Shown here: piece after piece, positions 35,079 to 45,000 of the stretch | Position numbering within the stretch: the stretch's first letter is position 1 | How the letters are laid out: each line of letters starts with the position of its first letter | Source of the DNA: a virus | Lineage: Duplodnaviria > Caudoviricetes | Length of the DNA: 48,160 bases | IMG/VR virus record: IMGVR_UViG_3300037422_000690 | Coordinates: 1-48,160 of that record | Direction: 5' to 3' (one strand) | The notes under the pieces: generated by a model | Told to the model about the DNA's origin: nothing | The model's input: only the letters and a program-made list of their open reading frames with translations | Database searches by the model: none | Position numbers and translations under genes: made by a program

Positions 35079-35416
35079 CCCCCGGCGAGTGGCCGGCATC
35101 GCCCGGGGTGCGGTTCCTGATCCACTGGCTGCTCCGCCGGGAGGATCTGTGCGGGGGTCCGAGCCTCTGCCCCTCGGCGCCCGACGAGATGACGCGGTGC
35201 CAGGACTGCCCAGTCCTGAGGCTCGAAGAGTCACTCGATTCGGAAGCCGGGTGGCTGCTGCAGCGGGCGCTCGATCTCGATTTCGCCCTCCGCACTGGCC
35301 TAACGCTCACGCCCAATGACGTCGCTCTTGATGAGTTTGTCACCTTGCGCATCCTTTTTGAGGAACGCGACCGCCATGCAGCTTTGAGGAACGCGACCGC
35401 CATGCAGCGGAACTGA
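35066..35416 (+). CDS. gpT-like frameshift extension of the tail chaperone
   Basis: -1 frame reads GSLTPGEWPASPGVRFLIHWLLRREDLCGG...LFEERDRH; no clear RBS for the GTG at 35108. Confidence 0.65.
   Translation, partial: GGSLTPGEWPASPGVRFLIHWLLRREDLCGGPSLCPSAPDEMTRCQDCPVLRLEESLDSEAGWLLQRALDLDFALRTGLTLTPNDVALDEFVTLRILFEERDRHAALRNATAMQRN
35357..35408 (+). repeat. Exact 26-bp tandem duplication
   Basis: TTTGAGGAACGCGACCGCCATGCAGC at 35357-35382 and 35383-35408. Confidence 0.95.
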
Positions 35417-35423
35417 GCCGACG

Positions 35424-38400
35424 ATGCCCGCTTCGAACACCCTTCAACTCGTAGTCGAGGTCACAACCGACGCAGCCAACCGCTCGATCGACAAAGTCAA
35501 TACGGGCCTTGCCCGCATCGAGCAGGTCGCCGTGCGCTCCTCGCAGGGCGCTTCGCGCGGCATTGACGGGCTGACCGGCAGCATGGCCAAGGGCGTGGTC
35601 GCCGGCAGCGCGCTCGTGGTTGCGATCGAGAAGGCGTTCAGCGTTCTCAAGTCGTTCACCGTCGAGGCCGCGCAGTACGCTGCCCGGACCGAAACGCTCG
35701 GGGTGGCTCTCGACCAGCTCGCCAAGGCCAATAGCCTGAGCGTTGAAGCCGTGCGCGGCCAGGTTGAGGCTGTGAAGGCTCTGGGCATCACCACGCAGGA
35801 CGCCCGGTCGGCCACCGCCCAGATGATCGCGGCGCAGATCGACCTGTCCAAGGCCACCGAGCTCGCGCGGTTGGCCCAGGACGCGGCCGTGATCGCCGGC
35901 AAGAACTCCTCGGAGACCCTGGCCGGCATCGTCCACGGCATCGTCACCCAGCAGATCGAGGTCCTGCGCACCTACGGCATCCAGGTCAACTTCGAGCGGG
36001 CGTTCCTCAGGGCCCAGCAGGAGGTGGGCCGGGAGCTGACCGAGACCGAGCGCAAGATGGTGGCGTTTAACGCGGTGCTGGCGCAGGCACCGAAGTTCGC
36101 CGGTGCCTACGAGGCGGCGCTCGGCACCGTCGGCAAGCAGCAGACCTCGCTGACCCGATACGTGCTCGAAGCCAAGAACGCCATCGGCGAGCAGTTCTTG
36201 CCCCTGATGCGGCAGTCCGTCGCTGGCCTGACAGAGCTTGCCAAGTGGGCCAAGGAAAACGCCGCCGCCATCGCCAACATGACCAAGGCCGTGGCCGGCC
36301 TGGCCATCGTCATCACCGCCTACAACCTGCCGGGGCTTCTGTTGAAGATCGCCGCCGGCATCCGGGCGATCTCGGTTGCGGCCACCGCGAACCCCTGGGG
36401 CCTCGCCGCCGCCGGCGTGGCCATGCTCGGCTTCGCTCTCTACGAGATGAAGCAGCGACTCGATGAGAGCGCCGAGGCCATGGAGCAGGCGGCTCAGCGG
36501 GCGAAGCTGCTGGAGGAGATCCGCGCGGGCCGGTCCGTCGAGGAACTGCAGAAGCTCGGCTATACGGCCGACCAGATCCGGCAGACGCTCATCGGAACAC
36601 GACGGGCGCTCACGGATCTGGCTGAAGGGGCTCCGACCTTCGACTTCAGCGCCCCGATCCGCGCCCGCATCGCCGACGAGCAGAAGCTGCAAGAGGAGCT
36701 CCAGCGCCAGCGGGAGCTGAGAACCAGGATCAAGCAGGCCGAAGAGAAGGCGCACGACCTGCTGATCTCGGCCCAGAAGCAGGAGTTCACGGGGCTTGCC
36801 AAGATCATCGCCGAGTACGGGATCTACCGGCAGGAGATCGGTCTCTCGGCCAAGGCCAACCGTGATCTCGCCCTGGCGACTCAATTACGGCTGCGTGTCG
36901 AGGCAACCAAGGAACTCAAGGAGAGCGCTCGGGAGCATCTGAAGCAGCTCGAGGAGCAGACGGCGGCCGACCTTGAGGCGCGTGGCCAGCGGATGCTCCG
37001 CGAGAAGGAGTTTCAGTCGGAAACCCTGGAGCTCGCTGTCGAGACTCTCCGCAGCCGGTTGGATTACGAGCACACGGCTCTCGAACAGGCACGGGATGCC
37101 CAGTTGCGCGCGCTCGAGTTGGTCGATGCCCGCACGGTCGAGCAGAAGATCGCCATCGAGCAGCGAAAGCTCGCCATCGAAGAAGACTACCTGCTGCGAT
37201 CCTTCGCGCTCAAGGCGGCGGCGCTTGACCGGGAGGCACAGGCCGAGGTCGCGATGATGGAGGCCGTCGCCCGGGCGCGTCTCATCAGCGAGGAGGAGAT
37301 CGCCCGCCGCCGGGATGAGCTACTCAGGGCCTTCGCTGAGAAGGGGCGCCAGCTCGAGGCCTCCACCCAGGAAACCATCAACGCGGCCCGTGAGAACGCG
37401 GCCATCCGCCAGACCCAGATCGTGCGGGACGCCAACCAGCGGATCTTTGACCAGATGAAGTCGGCGAGCGAGCGCGTCTTCGACGCGATGCTCCAGAAGG
37501 GCCAGAGCATCTTCTCCGCGCTCGCCGACGCGCTCAAGAACGCCGTGCTGACAGTGCTGCGCGAGATCGTCACCTCGCAGGTCGCTCGGATGCTGACGGC
37601 GCTGTTCACTGGCCAGCGTGTTGCCCTGGTGCCGGGTGGCGCCGGCGGTGGCGTGTTCGGCCGTCTCGGTGGGTTGCTCGGCGTTGGAGCCGTGCCGGTG
37701 TTTGGAGCCGGGAGCATCACCGGCGGGCCGGGGGGAACAGGCGGGTTTGCTGGACCGGTGACGACCGGCTCCCAGGCGAGCTCGCTTCTCGGCTTCGCCG
37801 GCCTCGGAGCGAACCTCAAGAACTTCTTCGGCTTCGGCGGTGGGTCGGTGGCGCTGGGCGCAGGACGCGCGACCACGACGGCCACCATCAGCGGTAAGTT
37901 CGCTGCGCTGGGCCGATCCGACGCCGCAGCTCTCGCCGGCGGGCTGCTGGCCTTCGAAGGCCTCCGCCGGGGAGGGGTCAGTGGCCTCGCCATGACCACC
38001 GCCGGCGGCGCCCTGCTCGGATTCAAGTTCGGCGGCCCGATCGGCGCGGCCATCGGCGCTGGGGTCGGCGCCATCGCCGGCATCGTTCGCCTCTTCATCA
38101 AGAACGCCGCGCAGAAGGCTCGCGAGAAGATCCGGGCGGTCTACGGTGTGGACATTCAGTCGAAAGGAGTCCTCGACCAGATCGTCCAGATGGCCAAGCA
38201 GGGCTTCGGCGGCAACCTCGATCTCGCCATCCGCAGTCCGCAGATCCGTGACCTGATCGAGCTGTACGCTCTGTCGACCGGCCAGAGCATTGGCGGGCTG
38301 CCGGCGACGGTCCGGCCTGTGCCGCTCGTCCAGCAGGGAGGCGGGCTGTACCAGCCGAGCCTCGGCAGCGGCTCGCTCGACCGCATCGGTGCGGGCGTCC

Positions 38401-38594
38401 CACAAAACGCCGGGCCGATCGTGATCAAGCTGGATGGCCCCGCCACAATCGCTCTCCTGCGCGGGGAGGCGGTCCAGGCCATCGCCGATAATCCGCGCGT
38501 GGTCCAGGGTGCCGCGATGACCGCCACGCGGGCCAATGCCGGTCGGCGGGAATTGCTTGCTTTACAACTGTCTCCCGGAACACTGACTGCCTGA
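35424..38594 (+). CDS. Tape measure protein
   Basis: 1056 aa, Ala/Gln/Glu-rich helical, hydrophobic segments, Gly-rich C-terminal part; follows chaperones. Confidence 0.92.
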   Translation: MPASNTLQLVVEVTTDAANRSIDKVNTGLARIEQVAVRSSQGASRGIDGLTGSMAKGVVAGSALVVAIEKAFSVLKSFTVEAAQYAARTETLGVALDQLAKANSLSVEAVRGQVEAVKALGITTQDARSATAQMIAAQIDLSKATELARLAQDAAVIAGKNSSETLAGIVHGIVTQQIEVLRTYGIQVNFERAFLRAQQEVGRELTETERKMVAFNAVLAQAPKFAGAYEAALGTVGKQQTSLTRYVLEAKNAIGEQFLPLMRQSVAGLTELAKWAKENAAAIANMTKAVAGLAIVITAYNLPGLLLKIAAGIRAISVAATANPWGLAAAGVAMLGFALYEMKQRLDESAEAMEQAAQRAKLLEEIRAGRSVEELQKLGYTADQIRQTLIGTRRALTDLAEGAPTFDFSAPIRARIADEQKLQEELQRQRELRTRIKQAEEKAHDLLISAQKQEFTGLAKIIAEYGIYRQEIGLSAKANRDLALATQLRLRVEATKELKESAREHLKQLEEQTAADLEARGQRMLREKEFQSETLELAVETLRSRLDYEHTALEQARDAQLRALELVDARTVEQKIAIEQRKLAIEEDYLLRSFALKAAALDREAQAEVAMMEAVARARLISEEEIARRRDELLRAFAEKGRQLEASTQETINAARENAAIRQTQIVRDANQRIFDQMKSASERVFDAMLQKGQSIFSALADALKNAVLTVLREIVTSQVARMLTALFTGQRVALVPGGAGGGVFGRLGGLLGVGAVPVFGAGSITGGPGGTGGFAGPVTTGSQASSLLGFAGLGANLKNFFGFGGGSVALGAGRATTTATISGKFAALGRSDAAALAGGLLAFEGLRRGGVSGLAMTTAGGALLGFKFGGPIGAAIGAGVGAIAGIVRLFIKNAAQKAREKIRAVYGVDIQSKGVLDQIVQMAKQGFGGNLDLAIRSPQIRDLIELYALSTGQSIGGLPATVRPVPLVQQGGGLYQPSLGSGSLDRIGAGVPQNAGPIVIKLDGPATIALLRGEAVQAIADNPRVVQGAAMTATRANAGRRELLALQLSPGTLTA

Positions 38595-38599
38595 CACTC

Positions 38600-40063
38600 A
38601 TGCGAATCATGAAGCGAATCCCGCTGTTCGTTCTGCTGCTGCCTTGTCTGGCCGCGGCTGCCGGCACCAGAATCCTGGACACGATCAAGTACCCGGATGG
38701 AACCCTGGCGAGCGGGAAAACCGAAATCTCCCTGTTCACGCCGTTCATCACCGCTGGCAATGAACCCATCGGTGCCGGCAAGCAGACGGTGACCATCACC
38801 AACGGCGTGGTGGACGTAACGCTCGAGCCGAACGATACAGCCACGCCGTCCGGGACCTCCTACGCCATTCGCTTCTATCTCTCGCGGGGGACCTACCTGC
38901 AGTACTGGGTGGTTTCGACTTCCGCCGCGACGCTCAAGATCAAAGACGTCGCGGTCTCGACCATCCCGACGCCGGCGCTGACAATCGCTCTGTCGCAGTT
39001 GAGTAGCCTCGGCGCCGCCAAGGGCGACCTGATCGCGTTCGGTACTGCCTGGAGCCGCTTGGCGGTCGGCGTCAATGGGCAGGTCTTGACGGCCGACTCA
39101 ATGCAACCGCTGGGCTTGAAGTGGGCCGCCGGAGCGGGCGGCGGCATTACCTCCCTGAACGGCCTGACGGCCTCATCTCAGACCTTCGCAAATGACACCA
39201 ACGTGACGGTTTCGTCGAGCGGCAGCGCCCACACGTTGGGTTGGAGCGGGACTTTGGCGAAATCCCGCCAGCACGCGCAGACCGCCTACTACGACCAGGC
39301 CGGGACCTTCGCCCAGCCTCAGACGGTCAGCGCAGCGACGACGGACCTTCTGACGTTCAACAATTCGAGCGCCAACGACTGGGTTACGCTGACCGGGAAC
39401 AAGTCGCGGTTCAAAGTGTGGAACTCGGGGACATCGAACCTGGCGGAGCTTCAGGCGCTCACTTTCTTCGGAAGCGGCGCCGGGCTGAGCGCCGGAAGTG
39501 TGCCCGCCTCAGCGCTAGCCGGCCTGGTCAGCACCGTCGATCAGGGCTACTTCTACCCGGTCACGATCCAGGCACCTCAGTCTTCGGGTGCCAGCACCAC
39601 CTTCTCCGCGAACACGATGCGCGTCTGGCAGTTCGTGTTGCCGTTCGCGGCTACCATCAACCAAGTGACCTTCGAGGTGGTCGCGACGAGCGGAGCCGGA
39701 GCGTCTCTGGGCCTTGGGCTATATGACGCCGCGTGCGCGAGCCTGCTGGTCAACTCCGGTGTCATGACCGCCGGCGGCAGCCCTGATATCAACGTGGCCG
39801 GCGTCAAGACCAAGGCGATCCAGGGTGGGCCAATCACCCTCGACCCCGGTGTCTACTGGCTGGCGATGACCACGGACTCCACAACACTGACACTCCGATC
39901 GACGAGCCTCCCCAGCCAGGTCATCACCATGTTGAACTCGCAAGCCAACAAGAAGTTCGCCCAGGCCGGCAACAACGGGAGCGCCGGAGCGTTCCCTGCT
40001 ACGTGCGGGGCCCTGACCGTGGCCGCTTCCAACCAGCCCCCCATAGTCCTTCTGGAGAGGTAG
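38600..40063 (+). CDS. Tail fibre-like protein with signal-peptide-like N-terminus
   Basis: MKRIPLFVLLLPCLAAAAG leader; fibre-type motifs AKGDLIAFGTAWSRLAVGVNGQVLTADS..LGLKW and GITSLNGLT; beta-rich C-terminal domain. Confidence 0.75.
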   Translation: MRIMKRIPLFVLLLPCLAAAAGTRILDTIKYPDGTLASGKTEISLFTPFITAGNEPIGAGKQTVTITNGVVDVTLEPNDTATPSGTSYAIRFYLSRGTYLQYWVVSTSAATLKIKDVAVSTIPTPALTIALSQLSSLGAAKGDLIAFGTAWSRLAVGVNGQVLTADSMQPLGLKWAAGAGGGITSLNGLTASSQTFANDTNVTVSSSGSAHTLGWSGTLAKSRQHAQTAYYDQAGTFAQPQTVSAATTDLLTFNNSSANDWVTLTGNKSRFKVWNSGTSNLAELQALTFFGSGAGLSAGSVPASALAGLVSTVDQGYFYPVTIQAPQSSGASTTFSANTMRVWQFVLPFAATINQVTFEVVATSGAGASLGLGLYDAACASLLVNSGVMTAGGSPDINVAGVKTKAIQGGPITLDPGVYWLAMTTDSTTLTLRSTSLPSQVITMLNSQANKKFAQAGNNGSAGAFPATCGALTVAASNQPPIVLLER

Positions 40064-40069
40064 ACCCAC

Positions 40070-40438
40070 ATGCGAACGATTGAGCGGTACGGGCCTCCAG
40101 TAAGGCTCGTCGCAAATCTCGCGGCGGTACTGTACCTGGTGTTCGCCATGTTCCACTTCGGCGCCGCCGCGCAGGGAATCAACGTCCAGCAGCGCGTCAT
40201 CGAGAACCACCAGCGGATCGACGGCCTCGAGCGGCGGCTCGACCGGCTGGACCAGAGTCTCGAAAAGCTCGACATCGCGCAGCGGCTGACCCGGATCGAA
40301 GCCTACATCCAGGCGGCGAAAGAGAGTTCGGAGAGCAACCGCCAGCTCCTGCGGGCCGTCGTGGGCGGGGTGGCTTTGATGCTCCTCGAAACCCTGATCC
40401 GCACCGTAGGAGCGGTACGCCGGCCGCGGAATCACTGA
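40070..40438 (+). CDS. Membrane protein: TM-coiled coil-TM (holin/lysis candidate)
   Basis: LAAVLYLVFAMFHFGAAA; heptads IDGLERRLDRLDQSLEKL; AVVGGVALMLL. Confidence 0.7.
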   Translation: MRTIERYGPPVRLVANLAAVLYLVFAMFHFGAAAQGINVQQRVIENHQRIDGLERRLDRLDQSLEKLDIAQRLTRIEAYIQAAKESSESNRQLLRAVVGGVALMLLETLIRTVGAVRRPRNH

Positions 40439-40839
40439 TGCCCGGATCTGTCTCGCTTGCGGCGCCCGTCATGGTGCTGCCGGCGAGCCTCTCGCGCGCC
40501 TTCGTCCATGCGCGTGAATACCCGGTTCAGGTCAACGAGTACCTGAACGGGGAATCCCAGCGCGGGCGGCTGGCCGACACCAGCCGCAAACGATGGCGAC
40601 TCGCCAAGATGCTGACGGCAGCGCAATTATCCGTCCTGCGCGACTTCTACGACGCGCGGAACGGCCCGCAGGACGCGTTCTACTTCTACGACCCCTACGA
40701 GACAAATCCGCCGTTCTCGCATGATCCGACCGGCACGGCCACACAGGGCCGGTACACGGTGCGCTTCGAAGGGACGTGGTCCCAAAGCTCAGGCCCGGCG
40801 CGCTCGGAGTGCGAGATCGAACTGGTGGAAGTGGCCTGA
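40438..40839 (+). CDS. Distal tail protein-like (DUF2460/gpM-like)
   Basis: LRDFYDARNGPQDAFYFYDP...YTVRFEG...IELVEV. Confidence 0.75.
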   Translation: MPGSVSLAAPVMVLPASLSRAFVHAREYPVQVNEYLNGESQRGRLADTSRKRWRLAKMLTAAQLSVLRDFYDARNGPQDAFYFYDPYETNPPFSHDPTGTATQGRYTVRFEGTWSQSSGPARSECEIELVEVA

Positions 40840-40860
40840 TCGGCCACGGAAAGGAACATC

Positions 40861-41319
40861 ATGGCACGCAACTACTCCGTCAACGGAAACGCGGTGAACA
40901 CGCAGTCGTCGACGCTGCCGCTCGTGACGTTGATCTCCTCGGCGAACATCCGGCCGCGGATCTACGACATGACTTTCGGCTCGGCGGCGACGCCGGCCGA
41001 TAACGCGGCGCGGTACATCCTGCAGCGGTGCACCAGCCCGGGCACGCCCGGGTCCTCGCTCACGCCTCAGGCGCTCGATCCCGGCGACCCCGTGGCGCTC
41101 GCGACCTCGGGCCTGGCGGCCTTCTCGGTCGGCCCGACGCTTACGGCCAACGCCCTGCTGCTCCAGTTCGGCGTCAACCAGCGGGCCACCTGGCGCTGGG
41201 CGCCGAAGGATGGCAAGGAGATCGTGCTGCCGGCGGTGACGGGCAACGGCGTCGCGACCCTGCCGGTCCAGGTGACCTCGGCGTTTGATCAAGCTTTTTC
41301 GATCCAGTTCGAGGAGTAG
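40861..41319 (+). CDS. Hypothetical, probably structural beta-rich protein
   Basis: AAGGA RBS; 152 aa, high GC3. Confidence 0.75.
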   Translation: MARNYSVNGNAVNTQSSTLPLVTLISSANIRPRIYDMTFGSAATPADNAARYILQRCTSPGTPGSSLTPQALDPGDPVALATSGLAAFSVGPTLTANALLLQFGVNQRATWRWAPKDGKEIVLPAVTGNGVATLPVQVTSAFDQAFSIQFEE

Positions 41320-41321
41320 CG

Positions 41322-41573
41322 GTGGCGAACGAGAGGTTCGAACGGAATGCCCACGGGGTGTTCCTCGTGGACGGCCGCGAGGTGGCGCATACGCTCCAGT
41401 GCCCGCACTGCGGCTGTCACTTCGTCAGCCGCCGTGGGAGCGGTGCCCGTCGCACGTTCTGCCTCCGCTGCATGGCGGTGACGTGTGGCGATCCCGCCTG
41501 CGACCCGTGTATTCCGTTCGAGATCAAGCTCGAAGCGATGGAAGGTCGAAGGAAGCCATGGCCCAATCTGTAG
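41322..41573 (+). CDS. Small Cys-rich zinc-finger-like protein
   Basis: CPHCGC...FCLRC..VTCGDPAC.PCIP; GAGGAG upstream of GTG. Confidence 0.7.
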   Translation: MANERFERNAHGVFLVDGREVAHTLQCPHCGCHFVSRRGSGARRTFCLRCMAVTCGDPACDPCIPFEIKLEAMEGRRKPWPNL

Positions 41574-41749
41574 AACAGTGGATGCCGGTGCCGGCCACGC
41601 CGGCGTTGTGCAATGTTCCCGTGGTAGCGCTTCCGCAACTACCAGTTGCGACGCTCGAGCTCGACACTGGCCAGCGCCCGGAGCGCGTCACCGCCGACCG
41701 CTGGACCGCGCCGGACGCCAACCTCGTCCCCGCACTCTTTCCCAAGTAA
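41558..41749 (+). CDS. Small Pro-rich hypothetical protein (63 aa)
   Basis: ATG 41558 with AAGGA; fills the gap to the peptidase gene. Confidence 0.55.
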   Translation: MAQSVEQWMPVPATPALCNVPVVALPQLPVATLELDTGQRPERVTADRWTAPDANLVPALFPK

Positions 41750-41750
41750 G

Positions 41751-42053
41751 ATGCCGAAGCTTAAGCCCGGAGTCCGTCTCACCGGAATCCGTCCGGAGAT
41801 CCTGTTCGCCGTGATGGCGGCCGAGCGCGCCTACAACCGGGCTGGCCACGAGCTCGTCGTGACCTCCTGCGTCGATTCGAAACACTCGCGCGGCTCGCTC
41901 CACTACTCGGGCGCCGCGGTTGACCTTAGAACGCGCGACGTGCCTGCGGATGCAATGCAGGGGATCGTCGCCGAGATCCGCGAGTCGCTCGGCCCGGACT
42001 TCGACGTCATCCTCGAAAGCGACCATCTCCACATTGAGTATCAGGCCAAATGA
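41751..42053 (+). CDS. Minimal M15-family (LAS) zinc peptidase, endolysin candidate
   Basis: VVTS...SLHYSGAAVDLR (HxxxxxxD) and DHLHIE (HxH); 100 aa. Confidence 0.8.
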   Translation: MPKLKPGVRLTGIRPEILFAVMAAERAYNRAGHELVVTSCVDSKHSRGSLHYSGAAVDLRTRDVPADAMQGIVAEIRESLGPDFDVILESDHLHIEYQAK

Positions 42054-45000
42054 GCGACACCCTCGGCCGCGTGCCGGTGCCAGAGATCGTCATCGCCGGC
42101 GTCTTTCCGATCACCTCCGACTTCCCCCACGGCCGCGCCCACGCGCCCCAGGTCGTGGTGCATCCCTTCGGGAGCGCCAATGCCAAGATCGAGCAGCGCC
42201 TCCTGCTCGGCACCGGCGCAAAACGGTTCACCCTACGGCGCTCACGGCTGCGAGAGTCCGAACGCATCGCCCTGCGCGACTTCTGGGAAAACCAGTACGG
42301 GCCGTTCGGCGCCTTCCACTACGACGCGCCCAATGACGACGGCAACGGTACCACCCGCTACGCCTGCCGGTTCGAGAACGAGCCGCTCTCCTGGGAGATG
42401 GTCTCGGATTTCGTCTGCTCGCTGGGCGTAACCCTGGTCGAGATCCCGACCTCCTCGCCCACCTACACCCTCAACGCCACTCTCTCCCGCTTTCCCTCCT
42501 CAGAACTCTCGGCCGCCCTGCTCGCCCAGGTCCAGCAGCTCATCCCGCTCGTCAAGATCCAGCCGCTCGAGGCGGGCTATCCGGCCATCCATGTCTCTGA
42601 CCGCCGGTGCACCGTCGGCGGCCAGCTCTACCAGGCCCGGCTTGTTGACTTCGACGGCATCTCCCAGTCCCTTGGCAACCAGGCCGACGAGGCTCACTTC
42701 ATCTTTGGTAACGCCGACCGGGTCATGCGGGAGCTCGCTAATGACGTCGACCTGTTCCGCGGCTCGATCGAATTCAGCCTGTTCCACGTCGCCGCGGGCA
42801 TCAAGCTTGACCTTTGGAAAGGCGACATCGTCGACTGGTCCTTCGATTCGGGTCCGGAGTTCCGCGTCCAGGCTGCCGACGGCATCTACGAGCTGAACCT
42901 GCCGTATCCGACGCGACGCATCTCCCGGACCTGCTGGAAGCACTTTGACGACGGTCTCGGGTGCCCTTTTTCCCAGCAGGGCGGGCTCGACCTGGTCCAC
43001 TTCCCCACCGCCAATCTGACCGAGTGCGACAAGGGCTACGAGACGCCGAACGGGTGCCTGGCCCACGGCATGAAGCGCTACTTCGGCGGACTCCTGGCCG
43101 AGCCGCAGGGCGTGCGCATCAGGGACAACTCGACCGGCACGTGGGGTTTCGGCCGCTCGTCGATCACCAGCGTCTCGCTGGTGGCCGACTCGATTTACGA
43201 CGAGGTGTTGCCCGAGATCTACACCGACTCCGACATGCCGGTGAACTCGAAGATCGCGGCCGGGCGCGATGAGTCGGACTTCTACGACGCGCTGGGGATC
43301 GTGGGTGAGGGTCCGCTCGGAGCGTTCGGGACCGGCCACAAGCTCGACGGCCAGTTTCATCACGGCTATCCGGGTCCGCTCGGTCTACGCACCGCCCTCG
43401 GCACTGACCCTGCGGGTGCAACCGACTTCTTCTCCCTCGGCCAGTCGGGCGATCAGACCGGCGGCGACTGGCGCAAGGTCTTCTCTGGCGCGAGCACCTA
43501 CCGAGACAACTTCGCCGCGGGCACGGCGTTCATCGAGCTTCGGCGGTCTGACCCCAAGGGCCTCCAGCCGTCGCGCCTGGGCGAGCACCAGATGCAGGCC
43601 GTGGTTAATCAGGGCCTGAGCGGCTGGGTCTGGAGCACGCCCGGCGTTCGTTCGCAGCAGGTTCTCACCAATCCTGTCTGGATCGTCATCAACACGCTGC
43701 TCCGCGCGCGCGGCCTGCGGTTTGCCGACACGGCCACCGGAGAGCAGTACTTCGACGTCAACGCCGCGATTGCAGCCGCCGCCATCTGCGATCAGCAGGT
43801 TGCGAAGCTCATCGGTGCCGGCGCCGAGACACAGTTCAAGTTCCGGGGAATCCTCCAGGAAGAGAAGCCGCTCCGGGACTGGATTCAAGAAGTCCTGATG
43901 AATTGCCTCGGCTACTATACGTTCGCCTTCGGCAAGCTCAAGGTCGGCATCCGGGTGAACTCGTCGGTGATCGAGGCCTTCACTGTTGGCAACATCCTGT
44001 TTGAGAGCCTCCAGCTTGCTCCCCTGCGGCCGTCGTTCAACCACCTGACGGCTAACTTCGCCGACGAGGAATTCGAGTTCGTCAACAACTCGATAACCCT
44101 CTACGACATCGACCAAGCGAAACTGATCGGTGGCGCGACCTCGCCGCTGTTCCTGAAGTCAAACGTCAACCTGTCAGGGGCCGCGAGCAAGTCCCAGGCT
44201 GGGCGCATCATCACCGCGCGGCTGCGCGAAGAGCTGGGCGGCATCGTGCCCGCCGAGTGGAAGGCCGCCCGGCAGATCAACTTTCGGACCACGGTCCTGG
44301 CCCTGAACACCGAGCCGGGCATGGTCTGCTCGATGACCCACCCGGATATGCCGGGCGGCTCGGGCGAGTTTCGGGTCACCTCCTGGCGGTTGAACAAGGA
44401 TTTCTCGATCGACATCCAGGGCCGCACGACAACGGACTCGATGTACGACCTGGTCGTCGGCCCCAAGCCGGCCGACGTCCCGGCGTCGCCTGTGCCGGTA
44501 GAGCCTGGCCTCACCGACAACGCCGCGCCGCCCGAGCCGGGCTTCGGGATCGCTCCGCAGGACGGCGTCCTGCTGCTTGCCGGGGTTGGCTTCCAGGATC
44601 TCACCAACACGAAGACGATTTCGACGCTGACCTTTACGGTCTGGCACTTCGACGAGACCGCCCCGGCCCAGACGACCCTTGCAGCTCCGACCTTCGCCAG
44701 CAGTGACACGCTGACGGCCGCCAGCCTCGCTTCGTTTACCGCCGGCGACCTCGCCCTGCTCGACACCGAGATCGTCAAGCTGGTCTCCATCAACGGCGCA
44801 ACCGCGCAGATCGAGCGCGCCCAGAAGGGATCAACGGCCGCCGACCACGCCGCCGGCGCCAAGCTCATCCGCCTGGACAAGACGATCTTCGTTTACAACG
44901 TGCCGAGGAACTTCTTCGGCACGCCGGAATCGGGCGCCTGGGAGGCCCGCGAGCCGTTCCGCTCGATGGCCGTCTGCGCGGTCGAACTTTACGTCACCAA

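Noticed and set aside
30184-38405. Long minus-strand ORFs (e.g. 30184..31731, 33237..35234, 35340..36884)
   Set aside because: Antisense shadows of high-GC3 structural genes; no motifs.
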